NCBI GenBank assembly: GCA_965223845.1
Contig: CBDCXR010000004.1
Location: forward strand, 7,456,001-7,520,000
Direction: 5' to 3'
Length of the DNA stretch: 64,000 nucleotides
DNA from: Planctomycetota bacterium
GTDB taxonomy: Bacteria; Planctomycetota; UBA8108; SXIK01
Shown: one piece after another, positions 47,040-56,803 of the stretch
Layout of the letters: the number at the start of each line of letters is the position of its first letter
Numbering within the stretch: the stretch's first letter is position 1
Notes under the pieces: model-generated
What the model saw: the letters and a program-made list of their open reading frames with translations, nothing else
What the model was told of the DNA's origin: nothing
Database searches by the model: none
Program-made: the position numbers and the translations under genes

Positions 47040-48046
47040 ATCGGAACCGGGAGAACGTCGCTTCCACTTGCGAGCGAACGAGTCGAGCCGAGCTCTCGGC
47101 GGCGCAGCGCACCGAGTCGTCGGGCGGGCGATGGATCCGTCCCGTCGCCCCCGCGTCGACCGCGAGGTGTTCAAGCGGCGACGCTGCGCGACCGAGCGAC
47201 GACGTTTCCGCTGTGGCTTGGGACTCGATTCGCAGCGTTCGGGCTAGACTCGCAGAGCTCAGTCGGCGTGAACGCCGCCTCGAAGACGAGATCCGCCGGC
47301 GCTGGCGTCGTCTCGCCGGCAAGGCTTGGCGGCGACGCGCGGAGGCGGAGGCCGAGCTGCGCCTGCGCCGGGCGGAGCTCGAGGACGAGAACGAGCGCCG
47401 ACGGGAGCGAGCGGAACGAGAGGGAGAGGCGCGCGGATTCGAAGCTGGATTCGAGCGCGGCCGGGAGGAGGGGCGTCGCGTCGGCGCCGAGGCCGGGCGG
47501 AGAGCCGGACGGGAGGAGGGCGAACGAGAGGGGCGCGAACGAGGAGCGAAGGAGTCGCGCGCCGAGTTCGAGCGCGCGGCATCGAGTCTGCGTGCCGCTG
47601 CCGCCGCCCTCGGTGAACGACGTGAGCAGCTCGTTGCCGACGCGCGTGGATCCCTGCTCGAACTCGCGGTCGCGATCGCACGCAAGATCATCCGCGCTCG
47701 CGTCGACGTCGATCCGGAACTGGTCGGACGCACGGTCGCCGCCGCGGCGGAGCTCGTCGTCCGCAGCCGTGCCGTGACCGTCCAGGTGCATCCCGACGAC
47801 GCGCGCTTCGTGGAGCGCGAGCTCGGTGCGCGCCCGCCGTGGGCGGAGGGTTTCGCGAGCGTCGAGGTGAGGGCGTCGACCGGTGTCGACCGCGGCGGGT
47901 GCCGGCTGGTGACGGACGTGTCGTCGCTCGATCTTCGGATCGAAGCGCAGCTCTCGCAGATCGCCACCGCGATGGCGCGCGTGTACGGCGTGGAGCGGAT
48001 GGAATCTCCCTCGCTGGATCGGAAGGTGCCATGCGCGGATATCTAG
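47036..48046 (+). CDS. fliH: FliH/SctL-like stator of the export ATPase
   Basis: AxxxG(xxxG)n repeat ARGFEAGFERGREEG..., LAVAIARKII, VHPDD, GGCRL...D. Confidence 0.85.
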   Translation: MNRNRENVASTCERTSRAELSAAQRTESSGGRWIRPVAPASTARCSSGDAARPSDDVSAVAWDSIRSVRARLAELSRRERRLEDEIRRRWRRLAGKAWRRRAEAEAELRLRRAELEDENERRRERAEREGEARGFEAGFERGREEGRRVGAEAGRRAGREEGEREGRERGAKESRAEFERAASSLRAAAAALGERREQLVADARGSLLELAVAIARKIIRARVDVDPELVGRTVAAAAELVVRSRAVTVQVHPDDARFVERELGARPPWAEGFASVEVRASTGVDRGGCRLVTDVSSLDLRIEAQLSQIATAMARVYGVERMESPSLDRKVPCADI

Positions 48047-49326
48047 ACATCGTCGCTGACGTCTACCCGGGCGTGCTCGAAGCGCGGATCGATCGCGTGT
48101 TCGGCACGACGGCGGAGAGTCGAGGTCTCACGGCCCCGCTCGGCGCGACTTGTGCGATCGAGTCGCGGTCCGGCCACCGCGTCGAGGCCGAGGTGATCGG
48201 TTGCCGGAAGAATCACGCGATCCTCGCTCCGATCGGAGAGTTGCGCGGTGTCGCCGCCGGCGATCGCGTCGTGTACCGCGGAACGAGCGGAGTCGTCCGA
48301 GTGGGGATGGATCTTCTCGGCTGCGCGGTCGATGCTTCCGGCCGATCTCTCGACTCGCGCGGGCACGAATCGCGCGGAGCACTCGTCCCCATCGAGCCCT
48401 GTGAGATCGAACCACGCCGCGCGCTTTCCGCCGAGCGATCGTTCGTCACCGGCGTCCGCGCGATCGACGGTTTGTTTCCGGTCGGACGGGGACACCGCGT
48501 CGCGGTCGTCGCCGCGCCGGGTCTCGGGACGACGACGCTCTTTCGCTCGATCGCAAATGGAGCCGTCGCCGACGCGATCGTTCTCGCGTTCATCGGTGGA
48601 AGTCGACAAGACGCGATCGAGCTCTTCGCAGCGGAGCTCGCCCCTGGCGTCCGCGCGCGGTCGGTCGCAGTGATCGCGGCTGACGATGAGCCGCCGCTCG
48701 CTCGTTCGCGTGCGGCGCTCACGGCGACCGCGATCGCGGAGTTCTTCCGCGCCGCCGGGAAAAACGTCCTCCTTCTCGTCGACTCGCTCTCCGCGAGCGT
48801 CGACGCGCACGCGACACTCGGCGCGGCCGGAGGCGAGCGCCGGGACCCGCGCGGAATCCCGCCGTCGTCGTTCCCGTGGATCGCTAGGCTCCTGGGTCGC
48901 TGCGGGCGAGCGCCGTCCGGCAGCCTCACGGGAATCTACGCCGTGGCGGCGCCCGGAAACGATTCCGGCGCGGAATCCGTCGTGACCGAGCGGGTGCGGG
49001 CGCTCGTCGACAGCGAACTTCGACTCTCGCGTCGTCTAGCCGAACGAGGTCACTACCCGGCGATCGACCTCGGGTCGAGCTTCGTGCGCGGTGCGGAGCG
49101 GGTCCGATCGGCCGAAGTGGACGCAGCTGCCCGCGGGCTGCGGTCGCGGTGGTTGCGCGAGGACGCCGCGAGGGAGGCGAGCGTCGACGCGCCGCGCGAG
49201 TCGCCGCTCGACGAATTTCTCCGCCAAGCGCCGTCGGCGCCTGAGCCGTACGAGGCGACGATCGCACAGCTCACCCAGTGCGGCGCCGCCTTCCGACGGA
49301 ACGATCGCCTTGAGCAAAGCGAGTGA
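48031..49326 (+). CDS. fliI: FliI/SctN homolog with degenerate catalytic motifs (predicted pseudo-ATPase)
   Basis: AEVIG, TGVRAIDGL, G.R, AIAEFFR..GKNVLLLVDS, GSLTG.Y.V, LSR.LAERGHYPAID are retained; Walker A reads APGLGTTT. Confidence 0.88.
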   Translation: MRGYLDIVADVYPGVLEARIDRVFGTTAESRGLTAPLGATCAIESRSGHRVEAEVIGCRKNHAILAPIGELRGVAAGDRVVYRGTSGVVRVGMDLLGCAVDASGRSLDSRGHESRGALVPIEPCEIEPRRALSAERSFVTGVRAIDGLFPVGRGHRVAVVAAPGLGTTTLFRSIANGAVADAIVLAFIGGSRQDAIELFAAELAPGVRARSVAVIAADDEPPLARSRAALTATAIAEFFRAAGKNVLLLVDSLSASVDAHATLGAAGGERRDPRGIPPSSFPWIARLLGRCGRAPSGSLTGIYAVAAPGNDSGAESVVTERVRALVDSELRLSRRLAERGHYPAIDLGSSFVRGAERVRSAEVDAAARGLRSRWLREDAAREASVDAPRESPLDEFLRQAPSAPEPYEATIAQLTQCGAAFRRNDRLEQSE

Positions 49327-49679
49327 GAGGTAAAGCCGACGTGGTCGCAAAAAAGGAATCGGGCGCCGTGAACGCACTCGAATCAGCTCCGGCAGGACCG
49401 GCGGGCGCAGACGACCGCTCGGGCTCGGAGTCGAGCGCAGCGTACCGCGGCATCCACTTGAGTGTCCGCGCGGAGCTCGGCCGTACGCGGATGAAGTTGA
49501 AGGACGCGGTGGAGCTCGAGGCCGGAGCGGTCGTCGATCTCGATCGGAAACCGGGCGATCCCGTCGACCTTCTCGTCGAAGGCGTGGTGATCGCGCGCGG
49601 AGTCGTGCTCGTCGTCGACGATTGTTTCTGCGTCCGAATCACCGAGGTCCTTTCGGAAAAGGAAGAGAGTGCACCATGA
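49323..49679 (+). CDS. fliN: FliN (SpoA domain)
   Basis: V.AELGRTRM.L...L..GAVVDLDR..GDPVDLLV.G..IARG.V.VVDD.F.VRITE. Confidence 0.92.
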   Translation: MRGKADVVAKKESGAVNALESAPAGPAGADDRSGSESSAAYRGIHLSVRAELGRTRMKLKDAVELEAGAVVDLDRKPGDPVDLLVEGVVIARGVVLVVDDCFCVRITEVLSEKEESAP

Positions 49680-50332
49680 CGATGACCGCGAAGCGTCTCG
49701 TCCCAGGAATCGCGGCGCTGCTGATCCTCACGGGGATCGGTGCCGGTTCGGTTTCCGCCGATTCGACCGGCGGATTCGTTCGCGCGGGCGATTCGGTGAG
49801 CGACGTGCTCTCGGGCGCGCCATCGACCGAGAGCGACCGCGCGGAATCGAGTTTGGTCGGAGGTTGGCAGCTCGCCGGTCTCGGCGTCCTCCTCGTCGGT
49901 CTGGCGAGTTTCGCGTGGCGACTTCGTTCGCGCGGACTCGTTCGTCGGCGCGGCGCGTCGGAAGGGGGAACGATCACGATCGTCGATCGGGTCGCGCTCT
50001 CACCGCGGCATGCGGTGGCGGTGCTCCGGGTGTCGGAACGGACGCTCGTCGTCGGCTTTTCCGGTGATCGGGTCTCGCCTCTCGCTGAGTGGGGGGGCGA
50101 CGCGCTCGCCGGTGGCACGTCGGCAGAGACGGCGCCCGAGCGGCCGGAATCGTACTGGTTTCGCAACCCGCGCGACGCGAGCGGCGGCGCTCCCGAGACC
50201 ACGCTCGGGGCGAGCAGTGGATCGAGCGACGTTTGGGACCGCGACCTCGCCCCGTACCGGCGCGAAGTGACCCGGCTCAAAGAAGCGCTCGAGTCCTGGC
50301 GGGAGAATACCACGCCGCCTTCGAGCGAGTGA
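49676..50332 (+). CDS. fliO: FliO-like protein
   Basis: Signal peptide and TM, then ITIVDRVALSPRHAVAVLRVSERTLVVG; lies between fliN and fliP. Confidence 0.8.
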   Translation: MTMTAKRLVPGIAALLILTGIGAGSVSADSTGGFVRAGDSVSDVLSGAPSTESDRAESSLVGGWQLAGLGVLLVGLASFAWRLRSRGLVRRRGASEGGTITIVDRVALSPRHAVAVLRVSERTLVVGFSGDRVSPLAEWGGDALAGGTSAETAPERPESYWFRNPRDASGGAPETTLGASSGSSDVWDRDLAPYRREVTRLKEALESWRENTTPPSSE

Positions 50333-50359
50333 CAGACGGGAAGGGATGGACGAGTAGGC

Positions 50360-51223
50360 GTGCGCATGGGAACGCGACGACAGCGAGGCGGCGGTACTCT
50401 GCGCGGTAGCGCGGCGAGAGCCGGCGCGGTCACGATCGCGTGGCTCGTCTTCGCCGCCGGCGCGCCCGAGGTGGTGTGCGCCGTCGAGCCGGCGGACGCC
50501 GACAGCGTCCTACGGAACCTCGTCGGTCTCGAGCCGAGCGGTGCGCCGATGGCGATGCGGGTGCTCGTGCTTGTCACCGTGCTCGGAATCGTGCCGTCGA
50601 TCATTCTCTTGACGACCTGTTTCCCGCGCATCTTGATCCTCCTTTCGTTCCTCCGCCGTGCGCTCGGAACCCAGGATCTCCCGCCGCAGTCGGTCGTCAC
50701 CGGGCTCGCGCTCGTTCTCACCGTCGTCGTCATGCTCCCCGTTTGGCGAGAAGTGCACGCGAAAGCGTACGCGCCGCTCGTCGCCGGCGAGATCGAGACC
50801 GTCGAAGAGGCGCTCGCGCGAGCCGAGCGGCCGATCAAGGAGTTCATGCTTCGGCAGACGCTGCGGCGCGATCTCGCGCTCATGCTCGAGATCTCCGGCG
50901 AGACGCCGGCGCCCGCGACCTCGTCCTCGACGACGGCGGCTCCGAGTGGGAACGCGAACGGCGAGATCGATGCGGCGGACCTGCCGATCTTCGTCGTCCT
51001 CCCCGCGTTCGTTCTGAGCGAGCTCAAGCTCGCGTTTCAGATGGGATTCCTCATCTTTCTGCCGTTCGTGGTCATCGATCTCGTCGTGTCGGCCGTGCTT
51101 CTTTCGATGGGGATGTTCATGCTGCCTCCCGTTCTGGTCTCGCTCCCGCTCAAAGTGCTCGTATTCGTGATGGTGGACGGCTGGAACCTCATCGTCGGTC
51201 AGATGCTGCAGAGCTTCGCCTAG
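50360..51223 (+). CDS. fliP: Export gate protein FliP
   Basis: TCFPRI.I.LS.LR.ALGTQ..PP, PAF.LSELK.AFQMGFLIFLPF.VID.VVS.VL.SMGMFMLPP, LP.K...FV.VDGW. Confidence 0.96.
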   Translation: MRMGTRRQRGGGTLRGSAARAGAVTIAWLVFAAGAPEVVCAVEPADADSVLRNLVGLEPSGAPMAMRVLVLVTVLGIVPSIILLTTCFPRILILLSFLRRALGTQDLPPQSVVTGLALVLTVVVMLPVWREVHAKAYAPLVAGEIETVEEALARAERPIKEFMLRQTLRRDLALMLEISGETPAPATSSSTTAAPSGNANGEIDAADLPIFVVLPAFVLSELKLAFQMGFLIFLPFVVIDLVVSAVLLSMGMFMLPPVLVSLPLKVLVFVMVDGWNLIVGQMLQSFA

Positions 51224-51251
51224 CTCGTCGGTTCCCGCTTCGGAGAGACGT

Positions 51252-51521
51252 ATGGACATCGAGATCGCCGTCGAACTTTGCCGCCGCGCACTCGCGCTCG
51301 CGATGCAGATCGGCCTTCCGATTCTCACGGTGGGCCTCGTGGTGGGTCTCGTCGTCAGCGTCGCGCAGGCGGCGACTCAGATCCAGGAACAGACGCTCTC
51401 CTTCATCCCGAAGATGGCAGCGATGGTCGCGGCCGTGTTCTTGCTTCTTCCGTGGGTGCTCTCGGTCGTGACGACCTACACGCACCAAGTGCTCAGCCGC
51501 CTCGCGAGCGGGGGGCCGTGA
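51252..51521 (+). CDS. fliQ: Export gate protein FliQ
   Basis: GLVVGLVVSVAQAATQIQEQTLSFIPK. Confidence 0.96.
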   Translation: MDIEIAVELCRRALALAMQIGLPILTVGLVVGLVVSVAQAATQIQEQTLSFIPKMAAMVAAVFLLLPWVLSVVTTYTHQVLSRLASGGP

Positions 51522-51629
51522 TGGCGATTGCTCCGCGGCGTTCGCGCGTAGATCGCCGAGTGCGGCGAGCTCGCCGCGCGGTGCGCAACGCGTCGAGCGC
51601 GTTCGAAGTCGATCGATCCGAGTGCTCCG

Positions 51630-52451
51630 ATGCCCAGTGTAGACATCCTTTCCGAGTGGCTCGCCGCCGCGGCGCGAAGTCCCGAGGGCCAGATGCATCT
51701 CCTCGCGACCGCGCGGATTCTCGGGCTCGTTCTCGTCGCGCCGTGTTTCTCGAGTCGTGCGTTGTCGATGCGGCTCAAAGTGGCGATCGCGCTCGTCCTC
51801 GGACTCGCGATCGCCGTGCACCCGTCGAACGCGTCGCGGCTTCCTCCGGCGAGTGCGGCGGTCCCTTGGCTCGCCATCGCGACGGAAGGGATGATCGGGG
51901 CGGCGTTCGGGTGGGCGGTGTTCCTCGTCTTCGGTGCCGTCCGCTCGATGGCGACGCTTTTCTCCGAGCAGATCGGCTTCGGCTTCGGAGGGATCATCGA
52001 TCCTTCGTCGGGACCGGGTTCGGCGGTCCTCCGCGGGCTGTTCGGCGCGCTCGCCCTCTTCGTCCTTCTCGCGACGGATCTCCATCACGCGCTCCTTCGC
52101 GGCGTCGCCGAGAGCTTTGCGGTCATCCCGCCCGGGCAGGTGTTCGCCGCGGGCGTCGTCGATGGCCTGGCCCGACTCGCTCTCGCCGGCGGCGCCTTTC
52201 TCTTCGAGGCGGTCGTTCTCCTCGCGCTTCCCGTGTCAGCCGTACTGATGCTCGTCACGGTTGCGCAGGGCGTCATGACTCGACTCTTTCCGGAGCTCGA
52301 GACGGTGCTCTTCGGAATGCTCCTTCGGGGGCTCGTCGCGATCGGAGTCATCGCGTTCGCCCTGCCGTCTTTCGTGACGGCGAGCGAATCGCTGCTCACC
52401 GCCGCCCTCGAGGAGGGTCGTACCCTCGTTCGCAGTTTGACGACTCCTTGA
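51630..52451 (+). CDS. fliR: Export gate protein FliR
   Basis: R..G....P.FS, E.MIG, QIGFGFGGIIDP, D.HH, ESF..IP.G, LALP, R.FP; position after fliQ. Confidence 0.88.
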   Translation: MPSVDILSEWLAAAARSPEGQMHLLATARILGLVLVAPCFSSRALSMRLKVAIALVLGLAIAVHPSNASRLPPASAAVPWLAIATEGMIGAAFGWAVFLVFGAVRSMATLFSEQIGFGFGGIIDPSSGPGSAVLRGLFGALALFVLLATDLHHALLRGVAESFAVIPPGQVFAAGVVDGLARLALAGGAFLFEAVVLLALPVSAVLMLVTVAQGVMTRLFPELETVLFGMLLRGLVAIGVIAFALPSFVTASESLLTAALEEGRTLVRSLTTP

Positions 52452-52483
52452 GGTGACCGGATCGCCATTCGGGATGATCTGCC

Positions 52484-53287
52484 GTGAGTGACACGACCGA
52501 AAGAACCGAACGAGCGACCCAGAAGCGGCGCGAAGAAGCGCGCGCACAAGGGCGCATCCCGAAGAGCCGAGACCTCGTGCTCGCGCTCTCGCTCGTCGGG
52601 AGCTTCCTCCTGCTTCGGGCGGCGGGGGGACCCGTGGGCGACGATCTCCTCGGGTTCGTTCGAAGGTCCTTCGCCGAATTGAGCACCGCTTCCGAGCTCC
52701 GGACCTTCGACGTCCATGCCGTGCTCGTAGCGGGGATCGGCGTGTTCACGTCGGCCGTTCTCCCGTTCGCCCTCGTCGCCCTCGGAGTGACGATCGCGTC
52801 CTTCGTCGTCCAGGGGGTCTTCGTGCCGGCACCGCACTTGGTCCTCCCGCGGCCCGCACGGCTTCATCCGCTCGAAGGGATCCGCCGAACCGTTCGCCTC
52901 GAGAGTCTCGCGCTCGTTGGCTTCGCACTCCTCAAGCTCGCTCTCGTAGCGGGGTTTCTTTGGACTGCGATCGCGTCCGCCCTGGTCGACCCGAGCACCG
53001 TGACCGTGAAGAACGGGCGCTTTCTCACGCCGGAGGCGCTCTCCTCGTTCGGACTCGCGCTCGCGTGCGGACTCGCCGGCGCGGCGCTTCTCGACGTGAT
53101 CGTTCAGCGTTGGCTTTACGAGCGAAGCTTGCGCATGACCCCGGCGGAAGTGCGGGAAGAGGCGCAGGAGATGGAAGGGAACAGCAGCGTCAAGCGACAG
53201 CGGCGCCGCTTTTCGCGCTCGCTTCAGGGCGCCGGTCACGATCGTGTCGAGTCCGCTCCGCCGCTCGCCGGAGGGGGTGAGAGATGA
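52484..53287 (+). CDS. flhB: FlhB lacking the C-terminal NPTH autocleavage/switch domain
   Basis: ERTERAT.KRREEAR.QG.IPKSRD, four TMs, LRMT..EVREE..E.EG...VK; stops at 267 aa. Confidence 0.88.
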   Translation: MSDTTERTERATQKRREEARAQGRIPKSRDLVLALSLVGSFLLLRAAGGPVGDDLLGFVRRSFAELSTASELRTFDVHAVLVAGIGVFTSAVLPFALVALGVTIASFVVQGVFVPAPHLVLPRPARLHPLEGIRRTVRLESLALVGFALLKLALVAGFLWTAIASALVDPSTVTVKNGRFLTPEALSSFGLALACGLAGAALLDVIVQRWLYERSLRMTPAEVREEAQEMEGNSSVKRQRRRFSRSLQGAGHDRVESAPPLAGGGER

Positions 53288-55485
53288 GCGCCGCACGCCG
53301 GCCGGCTTCCGCATCGAGTCGATTCGCCTGGAGCTCTCCGTCGATGCACCGTCAGCCGCCGCTCTTTGCACCGCGATCGGCCGGAAACTCCGATCTCGCC
53401 GTTGTCGCCGCGCTCCTCGGGATCCTCTTCGTCATTCTTGTTCCGCTCCCGACGTGGCTGATCGACGGCCTTCTCGTCGTCAATGTCGTCGCATCGCTTC
53501 TTATCCTGATGACGACTGCTTGTCTCTCCGCTCCGCTCGAGTTCAGCGTGTTTCCGTCGGTCCTCTTGATCGCGACCTTCTTTCGGCTCGCACTCAACAT
53601 CGGGACGACGCGACTCATCCTCGGGGGAGACGGCGGTGCGACCGCCGCCGGCGGCGTCATCGAGGCATTCTCGACCTTCGTGGCCGGAAGCAATCTCGGC
53701 GGCGGCAGCGGGAGCAATCTCATCGTCGGACTGATTGTGTTCGCGATCATCATGGTCGTTCAGTTCGTCGTCATCACGAAAGGGACGACCCGCGTCTCCG
53801 AGGTGACCGCTCGGTTCACACTCGACGCGATGCCGGGGAAGCAGATGAGCATCGACAGCGATCTCGCTGCGGGTCTCATCGACGACGCGACCGCGCGCGA
53901 GCGACGCCGTGAGGTGAGTCGCCAAGCCGAGTTCTACGGCGCGATGGACGGGGCGAGCAAGTTCGTGCGCGGCGAGGCCCTCGCGGGCCTCGTCATCACG
54001 CTCGTCAACGTCGGCGCGGGTTTCCTCGTGGGCGTCTTCCACCACGGATTCTCGGTGGGGGACTCCGCGGAAATCTTCACCCGCCTCACGATCGGCGACG
54101 GCCTCGTGAGTCAAATCCCCGCGCTCATGGTCTCGGTCGCGACGGCGCTCATCGTGACGAAGAACGCGGCGGGGGAGAACCTGGGTCGCGACCTCTGGGA
54201 CCAGCTCTTCGCGAACGACCGAATCCTCTTCATGGTGTCGGCGTTTCTCCTCCTGCTCATCCCCTCGGGAATTCCGGCCGAGGCGCTCATCCTCGGCGCG
54301 ATTCTCTGCGGCGGGTTTGCGTTTCACTTGCGGAGACGACGTACTTCGGACGAGCGCGGCGAGTTCGAGGACGAGGAGGAAGAATTCGCCCTCGAAACCG
54401 GCGAGGCAGCGGGCGTCGAGCAGGAAGACGTTCGTTCACTCCTCGCCGTGGAGTCGATCGAGCTCGAGCTCGGCTTCCGCCTCGTCGGTCTCGTGGACGA
54501 GGAGCGTGGCGGAGACTTACTCGAGCGGATCGCGCGCGTGCGCGAGCGCGTTGCGATCGAGCTCGGATTCGTTCTGCCGCCGATTCGAGTTCACGACAAC
54601 ATCCGCGTGCGTCCGACGGAGTACACGATTCGACTCCGGGGAAACTCGCTCGGATGTTGGCGCGTCTATCCCGATCGATGGTTCGCGCTTCGCGGACCGG
54701 GAGTCGATGACGATGTCGAGCTCGAAGGAATCTCGGGTCGCGATCCACTCACGGGGGAAGCCGGCGTGTGGATCGACGACGATCGATCGCCTGCGGCCGG
54801 TCGCGCCGGGTGGACGGTGCGATCGGTGGCCGAGCTCCTCAGCGATCACCTCGAGAGCTTCGTCCGCTCCCACTCCTTCGAGATCTTGAGCCGCGAAGAA
54901 GTCGCGCGACTCGTCGCAGACCTCCGCACGCGCGCGCCGGTCGTCGTCGACGAGCTCATCCCCGCCCAGATGAAGCTCGGGCAGATCCACCGAGTTCTCG
55001 AGGAACTTCTGCGCGAGAACGTGAGCGTGCGCGACCTCGAGACGATCCTCACGGCGCTCGCCGACGCGCGGGAAGCGGGGGTGACCGAGATCGACGGGCT
55101 CGTCGCGCGGGTGCGGCGAGCGCTCGCGCGAACGATCTGCGGATCGGTCGCGGATGCCGAGCGGCGAATCCACGGCCGCCGGATCGACCCGGAGCTCGAG
55201 GACTTCCTCGCCGCCTCGATCCAGAGCGAAGCGCGACGGTTCGCACTCGCGCCGGGCGTCGCCGAATCGCTGGCGGGGACGCTCGCCGCCTCCCTCTCCG
55301 CCGGCGTCGATCGCGCCGGGGGAGTCGTGTTGTGCTCGGCGGCGATTCGCGCGCCGCTCCAGCGGCTCCTTCGCGAGACAGCCGGCCGCGCGACGGTGAT
55401 CGCGTACGACGAAGTGTGTGAAGGGTACCGGATCGAGTCTGCCGGATCGATCCGATTGGAAGAACTCGAACGAGCACTTTCGTAG
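53284..55485 (+). CDS. flhA: Export gate protein FlhA
   Basis: FPSVLLIATFFRLALN..TTR, RVSEV.ARFTLDAMPGKQM.ID.DL.AG, FYGAMDGASKFVRGEA, TIGDGLVSQIP, LL.E.VSVRDLETIL. Confidence 0.96.
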   Translation: MSAARRPASASSRFAWSSPSMHRQPPLFAPRSAGNSDLAVVAALLGILFVILVPLPTWLIDGLLVVNVVASLLILMTTACLSAPLEFSVFPSVLLIATFFRLALNIGTTRLILGGDGGATAAGGVIEAFSTFVAGSNLGGGSGSNLIVGLIVFAIIMVVQFVVITKGTTRVSEVTARFTLDAMPGKQMSIDSDLAAGLIDDATARERRREVSRQAEFYGAMDGASKFVRGEALAGLVITLVNVGAGFLVGVFHHGFSVGDSAEIFTRLTIGDGLVSQIPALMVSVATALIVTKNAAGENLGRDLWDQLFANDRILFMVSAFLLLLIPSGIPAEALILGAILCGGFAFHLRRRRTSDERGEFEDEEEEFALETGEAAGVEQEDVRSLLAVESIELELGFRLVGLVDEERGGDLLERIARVRERVAIELGFVLPPIRVHDNIRVRPTEYTIRLRGNSLGCWRVYPDRWFALRGPGVDDDVELEGISGRDPLTGEAGVWIDDDRSPAAGRAGWTVRSVAELLSDHLESFVRSHSFEILSREEVARLVADLRTRAPVVVDELIPAQMKLGQIHRVLEELLRENVSVRDLETILTALADAREAGVTEIDGLVARVRRALARTICGSVADAERRIHGRRIDPELEDFLAASIQSEARRFALAPGVAESLAGTLAASLSAGVDRAGGVVLCSAAIRAPLQRLLRETAGRATVIAYDEVCEGYRIESAGSIRLEELERALS

Positions 55486-55551
55486 AGAGACCGAACGCCG
55501 GGCGAAGCGCTCGGTGACGCGGGTCCGACGTTTAGGAAGGAAGAGAAAGCT

Positions 55552-56799
55552 ATGACGTTTCGCCTCACTCGTATCGAGGCGCCGACCATGGATGAAGCGC
55601 TCGATAAGGTGCGCGACATGTTCGGCAGCGATGCGATGATCGTGAGCTCTCGCACGTTTCGTCGCGGGGGCGTGCTCGGCTTCGGTGGCCGCGAAGTTGT
55701 CGAGGTGTTCGCCGCCGACACGCGTTCGCGGATCGAGAACGTCGAGCGCGAGCGATCGAATCGCGTCCGGCCAGAGGACTCCAGCCCGGCCGCGGTGCTG
55801 AGTCGCTCTCCGAAGCCGGGCTCGGGCGGCGAGAGCGCGAACGGGGGCACGGGGAAAGCGAGCGGCGGTGCGGAGGCGGAGAACGGAGCCGCGTCCGCGG
55901 GGGGCAAAGGTCCGGCGTTCGAGGAGTTCGCGAGCGCGCTCGGACAGATTCGAGCCGAGATTCGCCAGTTCGTCTCGCGGACCGGCGGAGTGCATCACTA
56001 CAACCATCCGTTCCTCGCCGAGTGCTACGACCTCCTCGTCACGTGTGAGGTCGACGCTCAGGTCGCGGATCGCATCGTCCAGCTCATCTCCCACCTCAAC
56101 ATCCCGGACGGCTTCCCGGATCCGTCGCGCGTGCGCTCGGTCGTGCAAGCGCAGCTCGCGAAGCTGTTCGTCCCTCCGGCCGCCGCCGATGCGACGAAGA
56201 AGCCGCAGTTGATCTCTCTCATCGGGCCGACGGGCGTCGGGAAAACGACGACGATCGCCAAGCTCGCCGCGCGGGCGAAGATCAACGAGGGGCTGAGCGT
56301 CGGACTCGTCACGCTCGACACCTTCCGCATCGCCGCCATCGATCAACTCGAGAAATATGCGGAGATCATCGGGCTGCCGATGGCCGTCGCAACGCAGCCG
56401 CAGGAACTCGTCGAGGTCATCGACGAGTTTCGCGAGCGCGGAGTCGACCTCGTCTTCGTCGACTCCGCGGGAAGGAGTCATCGCGATGAGATGAAGATGG
56501 CGGAGCTTCGCGCATTCCTTTCCGTTCTACCGGATGTCGAGGTGCACCTCGTCCTCAGCACGACGACCCACGGCTCGACTCTCGAGAACGTCGCGAGTCG
56601 ATTCGCCGGCATCGGCTTCGATCGCCTGATCCTCACCAAGGTGGACGAGTCCGTCTCGTTCGGCGCACTCGTGAAGACGCTCCTCGCGATCGGTCGCCCG
56701 GTCTCGTTCGTCACCGACGGGCAGAACGTTCCGGACGACATCCTTCCCGGCGATCCGAACCGGCTCGCCAGTCTGGTTCTGAAGACGAAGGCGCAATGA
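55552..56799 (+). CDS. flhF: SRP-family GTPase FlhF
   Basis: A.TM.EAL.KV...G.DA.I, GPTGVGKTTTIAKLAA, DTFRIAA.DQL..YA, DSAGRS, TKVDE, GQNVPDD. Confidence 0.96.
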   Translation: MTFRLTRIEAPTMDEALDKVRDMFGSDAMIVSSRTFRRGGVLGFGGREVVEVFAADTRSRIENVERERSNRVRPEDSSPAAVLSRSPKPGSGGESANGGTGKASGGAEAENGAASAGGKGPAFEEFASALGQIRAEIRQFVSRTGGVHHYNHPFLAECYDLLVTCEVDAQVADRIVQLISHLNIPDGFPDPSRVRSVVQAQLAKLFVPPAAADATKKPQLISLIGPTGVGKTTTIAKLAARAKINEGLSVGLVTLDTFRIAAIDQLEKYAEIIGLPMAVATQPQELVEVIDEFRERGVDLVFVDSAGRSHRDEMKMAELRAFLSVLPDVEVHLVLSTTTHGSTLENVASRFAGIGFDRLILTKVDESVSFGALVKTLLAIGRPVSFVTDGQNVPDDILPGDPNRLASLVLKTKAQ

Positions 56800-56803
56800 G
56801 GGC

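Noticed and set aside
53200-53400. Frameshifted remainder of FlhB-C
   Set aside because: No NPTH-like sequence in any forward frame, and the flhA start overlaps the stop.
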